NCBI RefSeq assembly: GCF_033153115.1
Contig: NW_026889803.1
Coordinates: 16,306,001-16,370,000, forward strand
DNA length: 64,000 nt
Direction: 5' to 3'
From: Saccostrea echinata
Taxonomy: Eukaryota
Shown: piece by piece, positions 1 through 12,864 of the stretch
Layout: every line of letters begins with the position of its first letter
Position numbering within the stretch: position 1 is the stretch's first letter
Notes under the pieces: model-generated
What the model was told of the DNA's origin: nothing
What the model saw: only the letters and a program-made list of their open reading frames with translations
The model's database searches: none
Program-made: the position numbers and the translations under genes

Positions 1-1695
1 TACGTTGTGTATGTCCTTAAGTCAGTTTCTCGAAGCTTTCCTAAATCTAGGACCTCGTCATAAGTTCGTCCTAACTTTAGGACAACATAAATCATATCCT
101 AAGATCATCCTAAGTTTGTGGTGATGGTTATTTTTCTGAGCATCGCAAGTATAAGCGACAATTTCGTGTTCCTCGACAATCTGCGTATTAGCTGACATGG
201 CCGTAGAAACCGGGGGGGGGGGGGGCACGGAGAGCTGTGCCCCCAATAATTTTGCCAATATATAGAATATTATAGAAAGCATAGCTACTATATGCTTATG
301 CCCCCTCCATAATAACGTCTGATGACCTATTTTGCATGTCAATGATAGTGTCCCCCTAAATGAAAATAAATAGTTGTTCCCCCCAAATGAAAATATATAT
401 AGTTGTGCCCCACCCCTCTCAAAAAAACTGAAATTGCTTCCTACGGGCCTGGCTGAGGAATTACACAAATCATTTCTTTTCCCACAAATGTTATCCCAAG
501 ACCTCTTCTTTGCAACAGTAGTTACAATGTCCGATAATATATCAAAAAGTACCTGAATTTTGCACATGAAAATTTTCACTTCTCTCCTTATTCATGATGC
601 AGGCACGTACGTCAGATCCCTTTTTAAACTGGGGAAAGGGGCAAAAAAAAAAATAATTGACTTTTAGGGAGAGGGGGTAGAAAAACATATATAAAAAAAT
701 TCCCTGAAAAAACTTTTGACATAAGAAAATTTAAAAAAAAAACGTCCGCACTCAAAAACCTTCTTACAAGTAATGTGTGTGAATGGGGGGGGGGGGGGGG
801 GGCTTCGTCCACACTGCAACAGAAAGTGGGGGACCGGTATTTTAAAAAAAAAAATCCATATCAAATTAACAGCAGGAGACTATTTTCGGAAAAATAATGA
901 GGGGTAAGTCCCATCCCCTCTCCAAATTAAAAAAAAAATTAAAAAAAAAAAACATTCATACACGTTTTATGTGTAAGGGACCAAAAGTGAAAATTACTCT
1001 CTTATTTTTATCTCTTAATATAAGTAAATCGGGGTATATTGTTTTGATTTACATCAATAAAATTGTTGAGAGTTCCAAGACTCGGGGATTAAGCATTGCC
1101 TTTATAATGAAACATTTGGTTTCGAGCCCTAAAATTCATTTAATATTTTTTATCAGTTTATTTTTTCAAAAAATAATTCAGACTTTTATAATAGTGTACG
1201 TCACATCATAATCTTCATTGTGGTAAATTACTGAATTCAAGATTATTTTTTATCTTTTGAGTTATCCAACATATGTAGATATTATTGCTGAAACGCCTTT
1301 TTTAAAATAAAAAGGGAATTAAATCTTTCACTTTGATAGAAAAAAAATTCGCTTGTTTCGTTGCGACTTACGTGGGGTATTAAATATTTCTTTTATAATT
1401 TTAAAGATGTAAACATTAAAATTATACTGAAGTCATCATGTAAATGGATAAATGTTTGTAATATAGAAGTTTATTTGGCTGCAAATGTCTCCCAAATTTT
1501 ATATGTATTAAGAAACAATAGTATTCACCGTATGTTAGGATATCCTAACTTAAGATGTTCCTAAGATACCGTCGAACTACATCTTATGACATGTCCTAAG
1601 TTGATCTTAGGATGTTCTTAACTTTCTTCCTAAGTCATATCTTAGGAACAATCTTAGGACGTATCTTAGGAAAGTTTCGTGAACATGCCTGCTGG
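1..1695. mobile_element. Right part of a non-autonomous DNA element with subterminal CCTAAG/CTTAGG repeats (PIF/Harbinger-like MITE family), containing smaller insertions
   Basis: Dense cctaag/cttagga motifs at 1-120 and 1535-1680, ending in ...ggaaagtttcgtgaacatgcctg. The same motif set occurs in the element at 1858-3579. The left end lies outside the window. Confidence 0.5.
196..451. mobile_element. MITE with CA(G/T)G...CCTG termini and 5-bp TSD
   Basis: Termini catggccgtag / ctacgggcctg, flanked on both sides by gctga (191-195, 452-456), with internal poly-G/C runs. Confidence 0.75.
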
Positions 1696-1857
1696 TCCAC
1701 ATCTCTCAAGCCACAAGAATAGGCTTTACTAGATACAATAATTGTGCTTTCTTTGGGTAGTATGACATAACTGTGACTAATGTGTCACAAATAAATGTTT
1801 TATCATTCATAATATCAATTGGTTAAGTGATAAGTAAAGGACGTATTTTAAAGGTCA

Positions 1858-3579
1858 GGGGCCTGTTTCACAAAGGTTTCCTAAGATATGTCGTAAGACA
1901 TAACTTAAGATATGCCTAAGTTATAACTTAGGAATTTCCTAATATTTGTCACATCTGTTTCACGAAACAATCTTATCTTAAATTCATCCTAAGACATTTC
2001 TTAAGTTGTGTTACGGACTAATGAAATAACTTCTTCACTCTATCTACAATTTTTACTGTTAGGAGGATGTTAGTATGAGTAAAAATCTTTAGTTTGAGTC
2101 GGGTTTTTTTTCAAGTAAAAAAAAAAGCTTGAAAAGGGGAGGGTCTGGAGGTTAGGGGTTACCCTCCACTTTCAAAGGACTTGGACAGAAGTATGGTATA
2201 ACCTTGACAAGTTTCCTACTTAGACTAAGCACTCACACATCCTTACATCCATATATCCCCCCCCCAACCACATGACGCATATTTTTTTTAAACTAATATT
2301 TGTGCTATTATATGTTTGACTTTTATTTTGCTCTGTATAAGGTATCGGAGGTTTGCAATTGTCTATTTTGTCCGCCTACTATATATTTTTCTACTAGTAT
2401 CGTTTCAATTAGGAAATGGAATAAATTTTAAAACAATAATTGCTTTGAGGGGCAAGCAATCTAACAAAGGCCTTATTTTCTTTTTATTTCTTCGAGAATG
2501 AGTGCTCCACGTTAGTTGTCCGTGTTACTGTGTAATTTTAAATAAGAATTTTTCGACAGATAAGAAATTCCAAATTGGCGACTGTGGAAATGACAACACT
2601 AACAGAAAAAAGTTGAAAAAAGGAAATATATATATAAAAAAATCTTTATGCATAATTATACCGTGACAAATCAGCCCCAAAATGGACAGTGGGACCTAAT
2701 ATTCCTTAACACAACATACATTTGTTCAGGGGAAGAGTTGAAAAGAAGTGGAGTCATTAAGCGGAAACAGAGAAAAAAAATGGTCCAAGTCTTGCACTTC
2801 AACACCTCCTTCCTCCCATGGGAGTTAATATACAAGTAATTTTTGGAGAAACAGCTATATTAGGAGCCGAAGATAACAAATTCGTTCCCTTATCAAATAT
2901 AATCTTTCAAATACTAAATATCGATTCAAATAATAGTAATATTATTGGATTTAAAAATATATAATAATGGTTCAAATTATATGCAAAGTTTTTTAACACA
3001 GACAATAGTGTATATAGCGTGGATTTTTTTTTTTTTTTTTTTGGTTTACAAAATCGTTCTCTTTAAATGATGGGTAATTAATCCAACATATGTACCGTCT
3101 ATTTTGTAGTAACATTGGGAAATCCACGAATTCGTGAGAAATCAAACATTCTTTAAGTACAATGTACTTGTAGTTCCAACTTCACCAATGGACATTTTTA
3201 TTTACCTTGGATTAATTTTGAACAGTGATAAAGACACATCTCTGACAATTCTTAAAATCCCTTTCTTAGCTATTACATACAAAGTAAAGCAGTTATAACC
3301 TGAAGGGATCACAATCATTCATATACTTGTAGTCCTTTGGATTTTTTCTCTCCCTGAACACACACAGTATCTCTCTGTAAGAATCCTTGTACATGTATCT
3401 ACAGCCGCCATATTTAGTTTCTTCCTAAGTCATTGATTTGCTTGTCTTAAAGTTACGACATAACTTAGGAATATCCTAAGATAAGACGAAGTTAGTGAAA
3501 CGGATAAGTAATGAACTTAGGAAAAAGTTCTTTCCTAAGATACTACTTAGTCCTAAGTTAGCTTTGTGAAACGGGCCCC
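1858..3579. mobile_element. Non-autonomous DNA transposon, PIF/Harbinger-like termini
   Basis: TIR ggggcctgtttcacaaag / ctttgtgaaacgggcccc, subterminal cctaag/cttagg repeats at both ends, no coding capacity. Confidence 0.7.
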
Positions 3580-5389
3580 TGATCAATGACGTATGTGACT
3601 TTCATGTTCTGTCTAGTAATTTCATAAGTGAGAATACATGATTAAGTTTAGATATCCAGCTGATGTTTTAAATTCATGACGAAAATGCATAATAAAATTT
3701 TGACTATTTTTACTTCTGAAATAAATACTTTTCTTCCTCCCCAAAGCCTCAGATGAGAGTTCCGTATATTTTAACATTTGTAGGATTTCCTTTGTTTATA
3801 TCAATTCAAAATTCATATCTGAAATGTCACGGTCGGGAGGCGGTTAATTTATAACATCTGTCCGGTCCAAATCATTAAACCATAATTTAAAATAACAAAA
3901 TGCTAATGTGGCATACCTACATGTAGTACGTGATGATCTTTAAAGGCATATCTCAAAGTTAAGATCATTATAACTATTTAGTCTAAAATAATAGTAATTC
4001 GATGATTGACGAAAAACATTACATTCTCATGCAATGTGTATATACTTAAGTACTGTTAACTGGGGAATTACCTAAAGGTAACATATAAATCTCTTGTAAA
4101 TAGTTCAATTATCTCAGTAGCTTCATGTTTTGTTATTTTAGAAATGTAATTCAACACTGAAAAATCTATCTTGCTAATTTTTATGCTGCGCAATTTTCCA
4201 TTCGAATTCCGATATGCTCGACCCATATCCACTCCTACTTATTGTGTTTTAAAGGTATACCTGTTTACGAAGTTTATCCATCAAGGCTTTTATTTTGGAA
4301 TTTTTTTTTCAATGGTGTTTCCCCTCGAAATCTGAATTTTAAATTTAATGAAGTATCAAAAGAAGATTGCAATGAATAATTAATCATATAATTTTTTGAT
4401 AATTATGCTTATTACCTACGTATTGAAGGTTTGCAATATAAAAATGAAGTGATTTTTTTTATGTCTGAATTATTTGACACTTCTAAGTAGTAAATTCAGA
4501 AAATCTAATATTCCCTACAATGTTACGGGTATGTTGGTCCAATGAACACATCAATGATTTCTCTCCTTCTACCTCTTTGTTCTTGAACAGGAAAAATATT
4601 ACTCGAATAATATTTTTTAAATTATTTTTTATATACTGTATCAAGATTTTGTTTTGAGAATAATTTTAATCATGTAATTTTTTCTTCTTCTTTTTTTTAC
4701 GGAAAACAAAAAATTTCCCTTGCCAGTATGGGTATCTACAACTAACATAATGTTTGTATAAAGTAGAAGATAACGACCAGTAATCAAGCTCAATATATAT
4801 GAGCTTTGGTCATATGAAGTTTTTTTATTGGTTTAAAAATATTTGCAGATACCTGCACTGATTTATGTTCATTTTCTTATCAAAAGAATTCCATATATGA
4901 TAAACAATAGTTGTGTGGTTTGACTTTCTCACTTTAGAAAGGTATAGGGAATTACAAAAACTTGAAAATTAAACTAGTAAGAACATTTTTACATACTACT
5001 TAATTATCATATATATATTTGTTCATAACGTCTTTAAATCTGAACTGATATAGGTTATTTTCATATCAAAAGAATTCCTGAAATAATGAGCAGTAGTTGT
5101 GTGGCTTGATTTAATAAATATTATTATAATAATATTATTATAATATATTATATTATAATATTATAATATAAATATTATTTATTAAATGAATTAATAAAAC
5201 TTGAAAATTAAACTAGTAAGAATATTATTCCGTAAATAATTATATATTTGACTACAACGACTTTATGTCTGTGAATTTAAGATGAAGAGATATGACAAAG
5301 AACAGACAGAAATAGTTCAGATATTTTTTCAATCTATTTTCATATAGTTCAGATATTTTGTCAGTTACTCATAAAATGTAATCAACATG

Positions 5390-5455
5390 ATTGCGAAATA
5401 CCCTGCCGTCTCTCGAATTTGGAAACTTTCCTTCCGGGTTTGTCTTAGTATAGAG
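5390..5455 (+). promoter_or_regulatory. Proximal promoter of pseudogene copy 1 (C/EBP-like, kB-like, ETS-like, degenerate TATA)
   Basis: attgcgaaat, ggaaactttcc (5421-5431), cttccgg (5431-5437) and tatagag (5449-5455), co-linear with 9435-9496. Confidence 0.45.
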
Positions 5456-5541
5456 GTTACTTAGAAATTCAAAGTATTAAGTTTGTCACGTGAATACTAA
5501 AATTGAATCTGAGTTTTAAATCCAGCCCAATTTAAAAGAAA

Positions 5542-7850
5542 ATGACTTTAAACAATTCATAATAAACATCTGAATTATTTTAATTTGTTGGATTTACCTA
5601 TTTCTTGCTGAAGGTATGTCGTATGAAGATTTTCATATAATATATATATGTCTGCAATTTAAGAATTATTAGTTTTCTAGTCAAAGCTGTAATCGTTAAA
5701 TTCTATTGATTCTCCTTCCCTCTGCATTTTCTCAAGCGGACAAAAGCATTAATGCATCTTTAATTTGATATACAAGGAATTTACAGAAATAGAAATAAAA
5801 ATATTACAAATAAGTCTGTAGAATAATTTTTCATGGTTAACAAAAAATAATTCGTTCCAAAATGAGTATCTGCACGGAGAACAGCTAAAGAATTTGTCAT
5901 TCAAGTACGTTTATAGATGTGTTCATTTTTTTTCTAAGTAAATATCTGCATGTGGATTGTTTTGATATTTTAACGGCATATCTTAGTATCCAAATATTTA
6001 CATCCACTGAATATTTAAAGAAAACCATTATTAGTTCGTTTGTTTGTTGTTGTTTAACATTCCTCTCGAGAATTTTTCACTCATATGGAGACGCCACCAC
6101 TTGCCGGTAGAGAGCTACAAATTTTGAACTATACTCGGCACTTAGGGCCATTGAGCAGTGAGGGATCTTTTTCGTGCCAGCACCTACTGCACCTACTGGG
6201 ACCTCGGTTTATACGGTCTCATCCGAAGAAACGGTCACCACGTCCCCCAGTGGGATTCTAACCCGAGACGTAAGACTCTACGACTCTAGAGCAAACGCTC
6301 TAACCACTGCGCAACGCGGGCGACTTATCAGTTTGTAAACAACACTAGGCATATCACCTGTACAGATTTCTTGATCAGTAACTCTTCCTTCAATGAAACA
6401 TACAATGGCGTACATGGACATATCAATGATACAATAACTAATCTTTTTAATCCTACTTTAAATAATTATTTATACAGATATAAATATAAACAATAAAAAA
6501 TGTCTTTCTTTGGTTGTTAGTACGGGAATTAATGTCGCAGCTATTTTACAGAAAAAAATTACATAACCCGCTTGAACATTGATTTTAAGGTAATTCTACA
6601 AGTTCGGAGTGATAATTAGATAAAAAAAAACCAGAATACGTCTATGCAAAAAAATCTAATATTATAGTATTACAATTTTTTAGTTTTAGTGCAGGAGCGA
6701 TTGCTGGCATTGTTTTCAGTTCTGTCGTTTTTTGACTCATCTTAATTCATATGATCATATACTTCTGCAGTCGAAGTAAATTGAAGCAAACAAATGTGTT
6801 GTTCTGCATTATACCACCGCAAACAAGCAAAAGATCGTCACATGTAAGTGTGTATAAGTAACCTCAAATAATTATTTGTTGTGATTTAATTAGGTTCCAT
6901 TTCTTTTGCATAATTGTACATGATATTTATAACAGAATTTATAATTTCATGCTAAATTTAGATTAGGTTTTTTCTTTTACCTGACATCTGCGTAAGGTAG
7001 GGGTTAAAGATACGAAAAATTGAAAGTTTCTTGATAGACGTTAGTCTTTAATAAGACATGTATTCTACAACTTGCAAATTAATATGAAGATATGAAAGTT
7101 TAAAAAAAGATAATCTGCATCTAATCTTGAGTGTCAAATTAGAAGGTTCAAACAGACCTGATTAAAAACTTAAATTAGTTAACATGTTAACTTTATTAGA
7201 AAATAAGCACTGTAAAAAAGGTTGAGCTTTTTTCCATTCCTGTTGTATCTGATTAATATTATTTATAAAAATTCGAATTCTCGTTTCATCAATGATGGCT
7301 GTGAACATATACTAAAGATACTAGTAACTTTCAGAAAACGAGGAATCTAAAATGAGTTCTAATAACGGTTGGAAAAATGTCAACTAAAACAGTGTCCTCG
7401 AAACGAATATTGCCTGAATAAGTTTAAAACAGAATAAACAAAAAAGACCCTGAATTTATCCAGTGACTATTCATATATAATAACCATGATGCAAGTTTTT
7501 AGCATTGTAGATTAAACTGTTTTGATACATGCTTTTCAATTTTACAGCTAATTATATGGCTGGAGTTGCCTACTCTTCAAAGCCCTCGCAAAAATGGCTT
7601 TTCCTGAAGTAAACTTCCCTTCAAAGCTTTATCCACACGGCACACTTTATAATATTGCATTTCAGTATGGAATAGAAGACCCAAACCAGAAGTAAAAATT
7701 ATGATACATTCTCTGGACAACAGTATGACAAAGTTCCATCTTCATACAGACCTACAAACGGCAAGAAAAAAAAAACACAACAAACAAACAAAAACAAAAA
7801 CTTTATCTCCCTACCAAACACAAGGAAACATTACAATATCGAACTTAAAA
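5542..7850 (+). pseudogene. Pseudogene copy 1 (A-type) of the single-pass PY-tail membrane protein family
   Basis: Exon 1 (5542-5613) has a TAA after MTLNNS and ends ...CWIYLFLAEG|gt. The TM exon (6684-6843) reads FSAGAIAGIVFSSVVF then TGA, plus a frameshift. The last exon from 7548 (NYMAGVAYSSKPS...YNIAFQYGIEDPNQK) is frameshifted. Exon 2 was not identified. Confidence 0.85.
6037..6323 (-). mobile_element. tRNA-derived SINE (family A)
   Basis: Reverse complement of the element at 13787-14098 (gtcgcccgcgt head, cttcggatgagaccgtataaaccgaggtcc core, (aaac)n tail). Confidence 0.9.
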
Positions 7851-8266
7851 AAAAATGACATGTACTAAACTACTTCGAAAGCCTTATCAATTTTCACTTG
7901 AAACTCATTTCAAATGCATATTGTGTGTTAAACATAAATTGTGCCATGCATACATGTGCGATTGTGAAATACATGCTCCGTCTGTCCTAAATTGATATGT
8001 ATGGAAATCAGTTGTAAAAGGTTGTATTTTCATTTGAATTTATTATTTTTAAATTCAAATAATTTGTATACTTTATCAAATTTATATTTTTCTATACTTT
8101 TTAGTAAAAAGCAACAATGAGTAAGTGATCATCTGTTTCTTTGTTCATTTTTTCTAAGCGACAAATTGTGTGACCTGGTGTTAATTTATTGACCAGATTC
8201 AATTATATATTTTTTGTATATTTTTAAAATTAATTATTTGTTTATTTGAAATAAAATAAAAGTAAT

Positions 8267-8444
8267 NNNNNNNNNNNNNNNNNNNNNNNNNNNNNNNNNN
8301 NNNNNNNNNNNNNNNNNNNNNNNNNNNNNNNNNNNNNNNNNNNNNNNNNNNNNNNNNNNNNNNNNNNNNNNNNNNNNNNNNNNNNNNNNNNNNNNNNNNN
8401 NNNNNNNNNNNNNNNNNNNNNNNNNNNNNNNNNNNNNNNNNNNN
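8267..8444. other. Assembly gap (178 N)
   Basis: Run of n between gene copies 1 and 2. Confidence 1.
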
Positions 8445-9434
8445 CACCCTATGTATTTATAATTTTTAAAAATACATTTCCGTCACTCATTGTGACAGTA
8501 CAATAAAACGCGTTTCTCTGTGTATATTTTTAAGCGTGACTATACACCAAAAAGGCATTTTGCTTATAATTAGAAGGAACGCATAGCAAACGTAAATTTT
8601 TAAAAAGTAATTTTTTATTCACCTCCTCTTCCTTGCGTTTCTTCTGCTCTGTCTTCCCGGTCCTCCACCGCACATTCTACGTACATCTTCCCCACTCCTG
8701 TCTACTTTGATTTATCCATTGTAAACTGTCCGCACCCAAACGCACTGACAAAAGATATTGACACTGATTTATTAAAGTTTAAAAGTTTCAAGCGCTATTC
8801 CGCAAATGCAAAAAAATTATCGTTATCAGTAAAATAGTTTTACACACCTATAAAAATTGAAAAGGAACAATGAGTATTAAAATCCCATGGACTTGGAGAT
8901 TCTAAAGTTAAATATCTTCCGACTCATAAAAAACGATCATTTTACTTAACAAATAAACAATAGGCCATCAGCATTCAACAAGAATAAATTATTAAGAAAA
9001 TTAAATTTTATAGGCTGTAAATACATGTACCGTCTTCCGTTCTTTTTTTTTTTCTTTTTTTTTTATTTTGTTTTTTTTTTTTTTAATGTTTTAGTCCAGT
9101 AAATTTTTCCATGTTTCAAAATTTTATATTATTTGAAGATATCTTCGATGATATTGGTTATTTCATATTATAAATATTCCAGAATTCATGAGCAGAAGTT
9201 ATGGGTTTTGAACTTTTCACTTAAGATAGAATAGTGAATTAATAAAATGTTGATTCTGATATATATAGAATATTTTGCGATAATTGAATATATATTTTAC
9301 AATAACGTTGTTAATTTGGAAATGATACTCTAAAACAAAAATATGGTATTGCTAAAGCATTCAAGAATATTTCAATTATTTTTTCTCAACAGCCTCGATG
9401 TTATTTAATCTTAAATTACGATAAAAACAACATG

Positions 9435-9496
9435 ATTGCGAAATGCCCAACCTGTACTCTTAGGAATTTTCCATCCGGGTTTGCCTCAGTATAAAG
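9435..9496 (+). promoter_or_regulatory. Proximal promoter of intact copy 2: C/EBP-like + kB-like + ETS-like + TATA
   Basis: attgcgaaat 9435-9444, ggaattttcc 9463-9472, catccgg 9472-9478 (CCGGATG on minus), tataaag 9490-9496, about 115 bp upstream of ATG 9605. Conserved in copies 1 and 4. Confidence 0.55.
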
Positions 9497-9604
9497 GTAC
9501 AGGTATATATATATAAAGACCATTCCGATTTTAGAAGTAATGAGTGTGACACTTGGAAACTCTCTGAATCTGAATTTTAAATCCAGGCCCGAATTAAAAA
9601 GAAG

Positions 9605-9671
9605 ATGGCTTTAAATAATTCATCATACATGTATATGTTAATTTGTTGGATTTGTGTATTTCTTGTTGAAG
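9605..9671 (+). CDS. Copy 2 exon 1: signal peptide MALNNSSYMYMLICWICVFLVE
   Basis: ATG 9605, hydrophobic signal-like peptide, phase-1 donor G|gtatgt, homologous to 5542, 14929 and 35815. Confidence 0.85.
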
Positions 9672-11145
9672 GTATGTCGTATGACGATTTTCATAATTAA
9701 CACACGCGCACACACGAAAAATAAATAAAAATAAAAAATAAATAAAAGAAAAATAAATAAAAATTTTAAAAAAAATGTACATAAATAATGTCCGTAAAAT
9801 AGGAATTATGAGAATTCCAATGAAAGCGACACATCATTGATTCTCCCTCCCTTTGCATTATCTCCAGCGAACAAAATAATTAATACAACTTGTTATAGTG
9901 TAATTTACAGAAGTAGAATTTTAAAAAAAAGAATAAATCTGTCTGAATGATAATTTTTCATGGATAATTAGAAAATATTTCCTGCCAACAAGAGTATCTG
10001 CAACTTAGAGAAACTATAAAAATTGTCCTTCAAGTTCATGTTTATAATACTATTGATATGTTCGATTTTTTTTAAGTAAATACTGGTGCATTAATTGATT
10101 CTGTTTGTGGAATGTTTTGATATTTATGCGGCTTACCTTAGCATCCCAATTAAACTAAAGTGACCCTTGAACACATAGAATCATGTCATTTATCAAATTT
10201 AAATGCCGTTTAAAATTAAGTACAAAACCTAATTTCTTAATTTTCTTTTTTTTAGTACCGAATACGACGAAAGTTTGTAACCCAATCTCGAGATTCGTGG
10301 ATAAAAATATTTGTAATGAATATAAATAAAAATACTGTATTTCACATAATATTCTCTCCTAAATCATTAGTATGACGATTTTTGAACGATTTTGATACAC
10401 TGAAGCTCCGACAGTGGGTAACATTTCTTAAAATCATTGATGTAAGTTTTTTTTAATTAACATTGAACAAACAAAACAGACTTGAAACTGTTTCTAGTTT
10501 GTTTTCGTTTTGTTTGTTAGTTGTTTGTTTCAGCAACAGTGGAACCCGTTTGTTTTACTCATTTTATTTTTATACAATGCAAAGAAAACAAAAGATTTTT
10601 TTAAAAAAATCAAGGATCAAATATATTCAATATTTCTAGTGTATCAATCTAATCTTGATTTATCTCCAGTATACAGTAATGAAGTGGAACCAAATGAAGT
10701 GGAACTTTTAATAGATTTATGATCAGCTAGAGCATTATATATTGTTTCTTACGAATGGCATAGATATGCTTTGAGGAGGTGACTCCTGCACACTAAAGCG
10801 TATATTAAATGCGTAAAAAATCCCGATTTTAAACAGGAAGTTTTTTTTTCGGTTTAATGATTTTACAGAAGTTGTAAACAGTCAGGAGTAGTACACGTAT
10901 CGCACAGAAAGTATTAGCTGGTTTTGTGTTGTACATCAAATACTGACGTGTCACTTATCTTTCCCTTTTATGGTATATACTTGAGAACAAATTATTATCC
11001 CCTTGAAAAAGCAACATTCAAAACAAAAGTCAACATATTTTACTAAGAGTATCCAAATATGATACGATTTTACAGCAGTATGCTTAAGAGTTTAAGTTAC
11101 ATGATTTTAATTTGACAAGAACAAATTTTTTTTTATCTTTCCAAG

Positions 11146-11227
11146 TTTGTGATGCAAGATTCAGGGCCAGATTTCGGTTCAGGTACACCAGCTACAGCTC
11201 GTATGGGTACTATGGATCCTCCTCTGG
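11146..11227 (+). CDS. Copy 2 exon 2: end of signal and short ectodomain VCDARFRARFRFRYTSYSSYGYYGSSSG
   Basis: Polypyrimidine tract plus ccaag acceptor, GG|gtaagt donor. Phase 1 to phase 2 fits both neighbouring exons, and the CDA/CDG/CEA start is shared by paralogs. Confidence 0.8.
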
Positions 11228-11410
11228 GTAAGTTATACTGGACCATCTCACTTGTATTGTTCTTGAGAAGCATATTACTTTCTCATACCCAGAAATCAAG
11301 GCATGAACATTAACTTTAAGGTGATGTTACAAGTTTGAGGTCATAATTAGATATTATGTTCAGAATATGTCAATTTCAAAAACTTAATATTATAATACAT
11401 TTTATTTTAG

Positions 11411-11565
11411 TTTGAGTGACGGAGCTATTGCTGGTATTGTTTCCGGTTCTGTCGTTTTCTGTATCATATTAATTTGTATCATCGTATGCTGCTGCAGTAA
11501 GAAAAAAGAAGCGAACAAAGGTGTTGTTTTGCATTATAACCCAAACCAGCAAAAGATCAACACAT
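11411..11565 (+). CDS. Copy 2 exon 3: TM helix + Cys cluster LSDGAIAGIVSGSVVFCIILICIIVCCCSKKKEANKGVVLHYNPNQQKINT
   Basis: ttttag acceptor, T|gtaagt donor, 155 nt open, hydrophobic helix followed by CCC and basic residues. Confidence 0.9.
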
Positions 11566-12864
11566 GTAAGTGTGTATAAGTAATTTAAATAATATGATGG
11601 TTGAAAAATGGTAATCCAAGTACCAGCATCTTAGCTGGAGTATCAAATTAGAATATGCGAACAGACCTGATGTTAATCTAAAATTAAAAACGTTAACTTC
11701 AAGATTAGTAAATAATCACTGAGGTCATAAAAATACTGGGATGTCAATCAAACCAACATATTGTGTAATACACATTATATGTGAAATTATCCAATTGAGT
11801 ACATGTACATATCACATAATTACAACAAACATCAAACACCTAAGGGGCCTACCCAGTACTAGATGATAAAACAAAAGCAAAAAAGGTGGCCAAAAATCTG
11901 TCTATACATATATGATATGTATTGGTCAATTACAAAGGTGATAACTACCGGTAAACAGCTGGGTGAGGGAGGGTAGCTTATGGATAATAGCTGCTACACT
12001 CGACAAAAACAAAAATGATAATAAAGGTGCTGATCAGCTATTGGATGAAAAAAAGATAAAGAGGTACCCGACAGGGTGCATTTAGAAACCACTCACAAAA
12101 ACAAAAAAATTTGTATTGCGATTGGATGAAAATCTACACAAAGAAACCCCTGATGGGATGCATTACGAAACATCTTGCATAAACAAAAGGAGGTCAAAAT
12201 GTGATAATAAAATTGAATTTAAAAAAATCAATGTATATTAAATACTGGATTTAACACATCGCACTTAACTTAAAACAATTTGATACCATAAATCTATATT
12301 TAAGTAAAACTTCTTCAATCCCAGCAATTTCTTCCAGTAAACCTGAATTTTTGCCAAAATAAATAAATAAATATATAAATAAATGAAAATAAATGAATGA
12401 AAAAAAAAAATAGAAACAACAGAACAATTTTGATGTGGTTCCTAAATGTCATTTATTAAAAATGAAAATTAAATCAAAATGTAATAAAAATAATTGAAGG
12501 CCAATCAAAGCAACATACATATATATAATGTATAATACACATTAAAGGTAAAATTGACCAAATTCAGCACATACTTTGCAATTACAACAAACATAAAACA
12601 TCAAAGGGGTCTCCCAGTATACTACATTAAGCAACAAAAGCAAAGAGGTGCCAACAATTATACTACGGGCAAAGTTCGAGTTCCAATACTGATTTGGGGA
12701 AAACAACAACAACAAAAAAAAAAACAGCGTCTTCAAAATGAAGAGATGCATAGAATATATAAAAAGACGCTAAATTTATTCACTGACCACTCATATTAAA
12801 CCATGCAAGTTTTCAGCATTATAGATTAAACTGTTTTATTGATAAACCCTATTCAATTTTACAG

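Noticed and set aside
8199-8447. 82-aa ORF
   Set aside because: Artefact of the N gap.
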